IMG/VR virus record: IMGVR_UViG_3300030085_002431
Location: 124,001 to 188,000 of that record
Length of the DNA: 64,000 bases
Strand: one strand, 5' to 3'
The notes under the pieces were generated by a model. It was not told the DNA's origin and did no database searches. It saw only the letters and a list, made by a program, of their open reading frames with translations. Positions 57,023-64,000 of the stretch are shown here, in pieces. How positions within the stretch are numbered: the first letter of the stretch is position 1; each line of letters opens with the position of its first letter. Position numbers and translations under genes: made by a program.

Positions 57023-59058
57023 TGGCAGTATTAGAATCTCCCATAAAATCCTCAGTCAATAATATTCGCAAAACTTCTGCGTTTAGACGCAGAACGTCTA
57101 ACCAAAATAAATTGACGACAGACTTTAAATCTTTAGAAAGAACATTAACTGTTGGAAATTCTAAGTTAAAACGGATAAAGAGTCTTCCAAAAAATAAAAA
57201 GATAGACAAACTTACATTGATGATACTTAGTAGTCGTCGTAATGAAGATAAGAAAGGTACTGGTACTGCTTCTGCTGGTCTTGGATTTGCAGTTGGTCGT
57301 GGTGTTGGTGCAGTAGGTTCTGGCTTAATGGGTCTTGCTGGTGGTGCAGTAGATTTGGTTGGTGGATTATTTGATAGAGGTGCAAAGAAAGGAGCACAAA
57401 AAGGAGTGCAAAAGGGAGCACAAAAAGCAACATCTAAGGCAGCAACAAAAGCAGCAGGAAAAGGTATAGGAAAAGGATTACTTAAAAAACTTCCTCTTGT
57501 TGGTCTTGGATTAGGAGCAGCATTTGCATTAGAACGGGCAGCAGGTGGAGATATGGTTGGTGCATTAGGGGAACTTGCTTCTGGTGCAGCAGCAATGGTT
57601 CCTGGATGGGGCACAGCAGCATCCGTTGCTATTGATGCTGGGTTGATTGCAAGAGATATTGACAAATCAAATAAAAATGATAAAAAAGTTGAAGAAAAAT
57701 TAGATGAGAAGAGGAAAAAACTTCTTGGACCAACATCTACAAGAGCAGTAAATGGTTTGCTTCCCGCATTAAACAAGTTTGAAAAATATGTAGAAAATTT
57801 TAAATCTTTCTCCGTTAGTGGTAGTTTTAATCAGGATATTGCACCAGGAACCGCAACTGATAGCATGGGTTCAAAAAATCCCAACATGCATACTGGTGAT
57901 TATCCAGGTTTTGATACAATGGAAAGAGTTGCACCTTTTGTTACTGGTCATGTAAGTACATATCCTGGTGCTCAATTTGGTGCTTCTAGAGGTGGTGGTA
58001 CTAGAACTCACCTAGGACAGGACATTGATAAACAAGACCCAGGAGATCCTGTTCTTTCCATAATGAAGGGAACGGTTACGGAAGTTGGTACTGGTTTTAG
58101 ATTCCAAAACGGTCAGGGTACAAGCCAAACCATCGGAATTCAACATCCAGATGGAACAATGAGTAGATATGTTCATGTTCTTTCAGATGTTTCTGTTGGT
58201 GATGAAGTTCTAACAGGACAGAAAATTGGAACAGTATCACCAGCAGACGTTGCAAGTAGTAAAGATTTTCCTCACTTGCATTTTGAACTATATGCAAAAG
58301 GTGGTGGTGTAATCGACCCAAGACCATTCCTAAATTCTGCACCAAAGGGAACTCCAGCTGTTGCTCCAATTGCTCCTAATGGTGAAACTAAGATAAAACC
58401 AGAGAGGGATGGTGCTGATGATAGAGAGTCTGCACCAATGGATCCAACTGTTGATCCAGGCAACGATGGTTATGATATGACAAGAACCAGGGAAGGATTC
58501 TTGCGTAGTGAAGTTATGGATGATGATACAGGGTTTACCCGAGGTGATATGGAGGATATGAGGGTTGCCAAGGAAAGAAGGCAGGCAATGGTAAAGGCAC
58601 TTGGAAGAGATGGTTTCGCACAAGCACTTGATAACCTAGGAGGAAATGCAACGGTTGAAAATTATTCAGCAATGATGAAAGCTGCTGGTATGGAAGACCA
58701 ATTGAAAGATATTCTCCAGCAATATAGACCAGGGCAGTTAATTGATAGTGGTGCTGCAGCATCAACAAGGGGTCTAGTTGCTAATGACCCAATGGGAAGA
58801 AGATTTAGTGCAGAAGCACAAGCAATATTAGATTATGAAATTCCTAAGTTAGAGACATATCCAACATACAATCAGGAAGGTGGTAGTCCAACATTTATAA
58901 TTATGGATTCTGGTGGTCAATCACAACCACAATCAAGACCATCACCACCTCAAACAAGGAATAGGGGTAAGTCAGAAACTGTCTTTGTGCCCATAGGTGG
59001 TGGTGGATTAAATAGAACTATGGATGAAATGTTACTAACTAAACTCTCTAGGTCATAA
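57019..59058 (+). CDS. Tape-measure/hub-like protein with M23 peptidase domain
   Basis: HLGQD, RYVH, PHLHFE. Confidence 0.82.
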   Translation: MMAVLESPIKSSVNNIRKTSAFRRRTSNQNKLTTDFKSLERTLTVGNSKLKRIKSLPKNKKIDKLTLMILSSRRNEDKKGTGTASAGLGFAVGRGVGAVGSGLMGLAGGAVDLVGGLFDRGAKKGAQKGVQKGAQKATSKAATKAAGKGIGKGLLKKLPLVGLGLGAAFALERAAGGDMVGALGELASGAAAMVPGWGTAASVAIDAGLIARDIDKSNKNDKKVEEKLDEKRKKLLGPTSTRAVNGLLPALNKFEKYVENFKSFSVSGSFNQDIAPGTATDSMGSKNPNMHTGDYPGFDTMERVAPFVTGHVSTYPGAQFGASRGGGTRTHLGQDIDKQDPGDPVLSIMKGTVTEVGTGFRFQNGQGTSQTIGIQHPDGTMSRYVHVLSDVSVGDEVLTGQKIGTVSPADVASSKDFPHLHFELYAKGGGVIDPRPFLNSAPKGTPAVAPIAPNGETKIKPERDGADDRESAPMDPTVDPGNDGYDMTRTREGFLRSEVMDDDTGFTRGDMEDMRVAKERRQAMVKALGRDGFAQALDNLGGNATVENYSAMMKAAGMEDQLKDILQQYRPGQLIDSGAAASTRGLVANDPMGRRFSAEAQAILDYEIPKLETYPTYNQEGGSPTFIIMDSGGQSQPQSRPSPPQTRNRGKSETVFVPIGGGGLNRTMDEMLLTKLSRS

Positions 59059-60356
59059 TGGCAAATATAATCGAAGCACTTCAAACTAATTACATAAACA
59101 TTACATTATCCGATGGATTTGTCTTTAGTTTAGCAGATAAAGTTTTATACATTGATTACTTTGAGGACATTATGTCACCTGGTGTAACTCTTAATATGTT
59201 CTTATCATCATCAGAGTCAATAGTACAAGGTTTAAAAATACGTGGAGGAGAAAGAATAGATATCAATTTAAATGTTGCTTCTGGCACATTTCAAAAAGAT
59301 GAAGAATATTCATTCTATGTTTATAAAGTTAGTAATTTAAATTCTACAGATACTGCAGAAAATTTTAACATTCATTGTGTAACAAAGGAAAGTTTAAATA
59401 ATGAGTTACTAAGAGTAGCAAAAAGATATGATGGGTCTTTGAAAACTACAGTTGAATCCATCTTGGATGATGTATTAGAAACAGATCGTTATGATTCAGA
59501 GAATATTGAACAAACTGCTAACAACTATTCTTTTATTGGAAATAATAGAAATCCACTGACTGTATTACAGTGGTTAGCACCTAAAGCTGTTCCAACAACT
59601 AGTGCTAGTGGTGCATCTGGTGATCAAAATGGAGAAGCAAAGGGAACTGCTGGGTACTTATTCTGGGAGAATAGTGATGGGTATAATTTTAAAAGTGTTT
59701 CTAGTTTAGTTTCAAAAACAAAACTGGGTGTAAATTCTGCAGACAATAAAAATATTCCATCATACAAGTATAGTGGTGTAATAAAAACAACGAATGTAGA
59801 AAATATTTTCCAAATATTAGAGTATGACGTTGAAAAAAATATTGATTTAAGGAAAGCTCTGCGATTGGGAACTTATTGTAACGTAACAGAATTTTTTGAC
59901 TTGTATACTGGTTCTATGGATACATATACATATAAATTATCAGAACAATTACGAGAAAAGTTAGGAACTGAGGATAAAATTCAGGTAGATGATGCGTTCT
60001 CAGAAAATTTTAGTAGAATAATGGTCAGAATGTCCGATAGGGGTGTTCTAGATAATGATGGGGTCACTACTGATTCTGGGAGAGATATTGCTGATATGGC
60101 AAAATCCACATCACGTTACAATATCCTCTTCTCTCAGGCAATAAATATCACAGTACCATTGAATATAAATCTCAAGGCAGGTGACCTCATTAATGCGATT
60201 TTTCCAGCAATTGAGGCATCGGAAATAAAAAGACCAGATGCTAATCAAAGTGGTAGATACCTTGTTCAACAAGTCAGACACCATTTCCAGAAAAATCAAA
60301 ATTTATCTTATCTGCGATTAGTTCGTGATAGTTATGGACTATATGGTAAAAACTAA
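59058..60356 (+). CDS. Baseplate hub protein (gp27-like)
   Basis: YFEDI, GYLFWE...GYNFKS, LKAGD, SGRYLV..VRH; position before gp5. Confidence 0.65.
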   Translation: MANIIEALQTNYINITLSDGFVFSLADKVLYIDYFEDIMSPGVTLNMFLSSSESIVQGLKIRGGERIDINLNVASGTFQKDEEYSFYVYKVSNLNSTDTAENFNIHCVTKESLNNELLRVAKRYDGSLKTTVESILDDVLETDRYDSENIEQTANNYSFIGNNRNPLTVLQWLAPKAVPTTSASGASGDQNGEAKGTAGYLFWENSDGYNFKSVSSLVSKTKLGVNSADNKNIPSYKYSGVIKTTNVENIFQILEYDVEKNIDLRKALRLGTYCNVTEFFDLYTGSMDTYTYKLSEQLREKLGTEDKIQVDDAFSENFSRIMVRMSDRGVLDNDGVTTDSGRDIADMAKSTSRYNILFSQAINITVPLNINLKAGDLINAIFPAIEASEIKRPDANQSGRYLVQQVRHHFQKNQNLSYLRLVRDSYGLYGKN

Positions 60357-60367
60357 GGAGACAAAAA

Positions 60368-60595
60368 ATGGAAAGTATCGAAAAGCATATTGAAAAGGAT
60401 AAAGAAATCCTTCAAGACCCAACGACAAATCCACAAATGCGTCGTCACGTAGAAGAAGAACTACGTGAATTAGAAATTTATGCTGAAAATCATAAAAAAG
60501 AGATTGCAGCAGGGGATCACCATGACCCAACAGCACTGGAACTATTCTGTGAAGTAGAGCCAGATGCAGATGAATGTAGAATTTACGAAGACTAA
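60368..60595 (+). CDS. cp12: Calvin cycle inhibitor CP12
   Basis: LELFCEVEPDADECRIYED. Confidence 0.95.
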   Translation: MESIEKHIEKDKEILQDPTTNPQMRRHVEEELRELEIYAENHKKEIAAGDHHDPTALELFCEVEPDADECRIYED

Positions 60596-60600
60596 TACTA

Positions 60601-63207
60601 ATGCTTGAAGGATCTTTATTACAATCTCATTATCTCGGAAGAGATGGTTTCGTATGGTGGATTGGAAAAATTGCTCCAGCAAAAGTCTGGCGTAATGAAA
60701 AATCCAGACTAGATGCTGGTACATATGAACCTGGAGAGGGTGAAGATTCTACTGGTGGTTCTTGGGCATATAGATGCAAAGTAAGAATTATCGGTTATCA
60801 TACTTTTGTACAAGATGAACTACCAGACGAGGATTTGCCATGGGCACATGTCATGGCATCCAACGAAGCTGGAAGTTTCCAAGGTGGTTCTGGACAAACA
60901 CATAAACTAAGTGGAGGGGAAACTGCTTTTGGTTTCTTCTTGGATGGTGATGATGCTCAACAACCAGTTGTTGTTGGTGTATTACATAGAAATGCTTCAG
61001 TTGAAAATGTTCCCGATGAAGATGCTAAGGATAGATTTAGACCTACTACTGGACATAAAGGAAATTTGAGTCAATCACCGACTCAAATTAGAAAGAGAAA
61101 CAAGGGACAGCAACAACCAGCAACAACTTCAACTACACCTGCTACTGGTGTTGCTCAAAAACCACCAGTACTTCCAAAGAATAAAAACGCAAAACGTAAA
61201 GAATCTCCCCCTGGTGCAGACCAAGCAGTAAGAGAAGACCTAGCATCACAACAATTTGCTGCGGAAGCAGCAGTAAAAATTGTTAGGGAAAATGGTTGCA
61301 GTGACAACCTTATTGGAAAAATATCACAAGAACTTAATAACTTCATTCAATTTATCTCAAGAATTGAGGATTTTATTGGTACTTACATTGACCCCGTTCT
61401 GAATACCTTTGTTGATATTGTTCAGGAAATTAAAGGGTTTGCTAGCAGAATTGTTGGTATCATTAAATTCATCATTAACAATATGAGAGGTGCGATTATT
61501 CAGTTAGTCACCTCATTGTTTAGAGATTTTATTGCTAAAATTCTCCCAATGCCACAGCATCCACCAGTGGCAGAAGCAACAAAAAATATTATTAACATAA
61601 TATTCTGTCTCTTTGAAAAACTTATACCACTTCTAATAGATTACATTGTCAATCTTCTTACAAACATGATTGGTAAGGCAATCAATGCCCCAATGTGTGC
61701 AGTAGAAGAATGGACTGCGGGTATTCTTTCTAAATTGATGGACTTTATTGAGGACCTTTTGGGTCCAGTAATGTCTGGTCTTGATTGGTTACTAGGTGGA
61801 ATTGGTCAAATCTCCGCAGTATTGGGTCAGGTATCATCACTCGCACAACAAATTTTAAACTTTATTGGTTGTGACCAATTGAAATGTGAGGCATCAACTA
61901 CTTGGGATTCAAAATCAAAAGCAGCAAAAGCACAAAGAGATAGTTGGAATAGAACTCTTGGCAACATGAATGTTCTTAAAGGTGTTAATGATGACCTTGA
62001 CGAAGCAATGGGTGCTATCTCATTGTATGGAAATACTGGTACATCACCATTCCGTGATTGTGCAAGAAGAACTGCTAATCCAACAAAACAGTCTGACCAA
62101 TCACCAATGCCTCCTGGCATGATTGCACCAAATTGCATACCACCAGAAATTGAAGTTTTTGGTGATGGTGTTCTAGGACAAGTCCTTCCAATTGTTGGTA
62201 AAGATGGTGGAATTTTAACTGTAAAGGTTATTAATCCAGGTAAGGGTTATTCAAAACCACCATCAATTAATATTATTGATAATACCAATCATGGTAATGG
62301 TGCCAGATTACAAGCATCTATTGAAGATGGTAGAATAAGCAACGTTTATGTATTAAACCCAGGTTCTGGGTATTGTCCAGGAAATTATTCATCCATAGTA
62401 TCTGATCCATCTTATGTTGTTTTTGCTGATAAGTATTCTGTATTTGAAGGTGATAGTGTAACATTTACTATTCAAACTGAAAATGTTCCTGATGGAAATA
62501 AAGTAGAATGGTATTTTAGTGGAGATGTTTCAATAGATGACTTTGATTCTCCAACTGAACTGAGTGGTGAATTGGAAATCAAAAATGGTGAAGCAACTCT
62601 TATAGCAAAAATTAGACAAGACAGTGTTACTGAACCTGTAGAAACACTATTTTTCGACTTATATGATAGTGGTGGAGATTATGTTGCAAGGACTAGGGTC
62701 TTCCTCAATAATAGACTTTCACCAGTTTTAACACCAGAACCAGACGAACCAGTAGAGTCTCCACCAGGAACACCAGTTCCAAAAACTCCAGACGGTGGTA
62801 CTTCTCCTGGAATTGGAACTGGTGGTGGTATTATTCCTGGAATTGGAACTGGTGGCACTGGTGGAACTGGAACTGGAGGTGGTGACCCTGGAATTGGAAC
62901 TAATTTTGTTGGTATTATTACTAATATTATTGTTGATAGACCAGGATTTGGATATTCCACTGGTGATAGTGTTGAATTTGGTGGTTGTGTTTATAACCTT
63001 AAGGTCACTGAAACTGGTTCTATTGTTGGGGTTGAGTCTGCATCTTCATGTAAAAATGCTTACGAAGAAAATCCTGGAGAAGGTGTTATTACCACAACTA
63101 ATGGTCAAGCAGGAAGATTATTCGCAGTCTTAGAATTCACTCCTCTTACTAACAAAGTCACAGTTGTCGATGAGTTTGGTGTTATCTCAGTTGTTGATTG
63201 TGTCTAA
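60601..63207 (+). CDS. 5: Baseplate hub gp5-like
   Basis: WWIG, RCKVRIIGYH, LPWA, GFFLDG..AQQP OB-fold. Confidence 0.88.
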   Translation: MLEGSLLQSHYLGRDGFVWWIGKIAPAKVWRNEKSRLDAGTYEPGEGEDSTGGSWAYRCKVRIIGYHTFVQDELPDEDLPWAHVMASNEAGSFQGGSGQTHKLSGGETAFGFFLDGDDAQQPVVVGVLHRNASVENVPDEDAKDRFRPTTGHKGNLSQSPTQIRKRNKGQQQPATTSTTPATGVAQKPPVLPKNKNAKRKESPPGADQAVREDLASQQFAAEAAVKIVRENGCSDNLIGKISQELNNFIQFISRIEDFIGTYIDPVLNTFVDIVQEIKGFASRIVGIIKFIINNMRGAIIQLVTSLFRDFIAKILPMPQHPPVAEATKNIINIIFCLFEKLIPLLIDYIVNLLTNMIGKAINAPMCAVEEWTAGILSKLMDFIEDLLGPVMSGLDWLLGGIGQISAVLGQVSSLAQQILNFIGCDQLKCEASTTWDSKSKAAKAQRDSWNRTLGNMNVLKGVNDDLDEAMGAISLYGNTGTSPFRDCARRTANPTKQSDQSPMPPGMIAPNCIPPEIEVFGDGVLGQVLPIVGKDGGILTVKVINPGKGYSKPPSINIIDNTNHGNGARLQASIEDGRISNVYVLNPGSGYCPGNYSSIVSDPSYVVFADKYSVFEGDSVTFTIQTENVPDGNKVEWYFSGDVSIDDFDSPTELSGELEIKNGEATLIAKIRQDSVTEPVETLFFDLYDSGGDYVARTRVFLNNRLSPVLTPEPDEPVESPPGTPVPKTPDGGTSPGIGTGGGIIPGIGTGGTGGTGTGGGDPGIGTNFVGIITNIIVDRPGFGYSTGDSVEFGGCVYNLKVTETGSIVGVESASSCKNAYEENPGEGVITTTNGQAGRLFAVLEFTPLTNKVTVVDEFGVISVVDCV

Positions 63208-63233
63208 TAAATATCTAAAAATCCTTTTATAAA

Positions 63234-63785
63234 ATGACAGAACAACCAAAAGAGTGGTTTAGACAAGGATTCGGTTACAGAGAGCAATCTGGTGTCTACA
63301 TTGAAGGTAGAGAAGTTGGATACTCTCTAATAACTGATGAAGGTGTTGGGTATACTTATTACAAAGATGGTGGAAAGGAGGATGTTGTTCTAGAAACTTC
63401 ATTAGAAGTTTGTGGTAGGAGAGTAAAAGATAAAGAACCAGCAAAAGTAATCTATGCAAGAAATGGTGATATTCATTTTGAAGCACCAAATGGTCAGATA
63501 ACATTAAAGGCAAAGAACATAAGATTAGTTTCTCAAGATGGTGATGGTGAAGTTACCATTCAAGCAGGTAAAACCATCGAAATTGATGGTCCAACAGCTA
63601 GAGTCAAAGGAACCAATGTTGACATTACAGGAAAAAATTCTGTAAATATGATTGGAAATTATGTAGAATCTGCTGCTGGTGTGCAGCAATCAAGTGCATC
63701 ACTTGTTGATATTTTTCAAGGTTCTTTTATAGGTCAACTTCTAAATTCTCTCGGAAATCTTAAAAAATTCCTTCAACTTTTCTAA
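63234..63785 (+). CDS. Baseplate spike-associated beta-rich protein
   Basis: NGDIHFEAPNGQITLKAKNI repeats. Confidence 0.65.
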   Translation: MTEQPKEWFRQGFGYREQSGVYIEGREVGYSLITDEGVGYTYYKDGGKEDVVLETSLEVCGRRVKDKEPAKVIYARNGDIHFEAPNGQITLKAKNIRLVSQDGDGEVTIQAGKTIEIDGPTARVKGTNVDITGKNSVNMIGNYVESAAGVQQSSASLVDIFQGSFIGQLLNSLGNLKKFLQLF

Positions 63786-63788
63786 ACT

Positions 63789-64000
63789 ATGCCTGCACTA
63801 GCCTCTATTTCAACAATTGGTGATAAACTAATTGTCGGACAAGTTGATACTTCATTTTTGACTGCTACTGGTAGAGTTACACCAGGAACAGCAGTTCTAA
63901 ATGGACCTGTTTATATTGGTGCATCTCCTCAAATTGGTGTTGCTAGAGCAGCATGTATGATTGGTCCTCCTCTTCCTGGACTGTCAGTTCCTGCTTCACT
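63789..64000 (+). CDS. Hypothetical structural protein (runs off window)
   Basis: ATG 63789, frame open to end. Confidence 0.55.
   Translation, partial: MPALASISTIGDKLIVGQVDTSFLTATGRVTPGTAVLNGPVYIGASPQIGVARAACMIGPPLPGLSVPAS

Noticed and set aside
60368-60595. CP12, psbA/D, hli, petE/F, PTOX, zwf, gnd as novelties
   Set aside because: Well-known cyanophage auxiliary metabolic genes
62800-62905. GGAATTGGAACT(GGT) repeats
   Set aside because: Encode a Gly/Thr linker in gp5; not a DNA-level element
257-63513. Numerous antisense or alternate-frame ORFs in the track (e.g. 257-694, 40627-41262, 48015-48701, 55663-56361, 56985-57776)
   Set aside because: Shadows of well-supported genes; no motifs or SD sequences
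1-64000. CRISPR array, IS, integrase or rRNA
   Set aside because: No regularly spaced repeats or transposase, recombinase or rRNA signatures seen

Overview
A 64-kb segment of a T4-like cyanomyovirus (Kyanoviridae-type, most likely infecting marine Synechococcus). In order: a GIY-YIG gene, tRNA-Gly and a dense run of tiny membrane-protein genes with gnd and an ndhP missed by the ORF track; an orphan Phd/YefM-like antitoxin, a 2OG-Fe(II) oxygenase overlapping a tRNA-CAT, and a manA/wcaG-type structured RNA; an 11.5-kb glycan island (GDP-mannose 3,5-epimerase-like, 2 FkbM, GT10, 3 GT11, STELLO-like, 2 GT2/GT7C, sulfotransferase-like, GT25); host-derived genes (OMP, 2 hli, petF, psbA, petE, PTOX, zwf, psbD with a scaffold gap, CP12); a ~1800-aa modular protein with a candidate ADP-ribosyltransferase domain; the replication/late-transcription block (thyX, phoH, exonuclease, gp33, gp59, gp32); and baseplate/tail genes (split gp53, gp48, gp2, gp4, tail-tube-like, gp26, gp51, lysozyme- and M23-bearing proteins, hub, gp5). 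The most striking element is at 42848-44177. An NtcA box and a sigma70 promoter drive two tandem glutamine-riboswitch-like units. Each unit holds a complete small ORF in its P2 region with the start codon in the P2 stem, the two units share a split P3/loop-E, and YRG-motif (DUF4278-like) peptide genes and a second NtcA box follow. All calls come from reading motifs by eye; no searches or folding were run.
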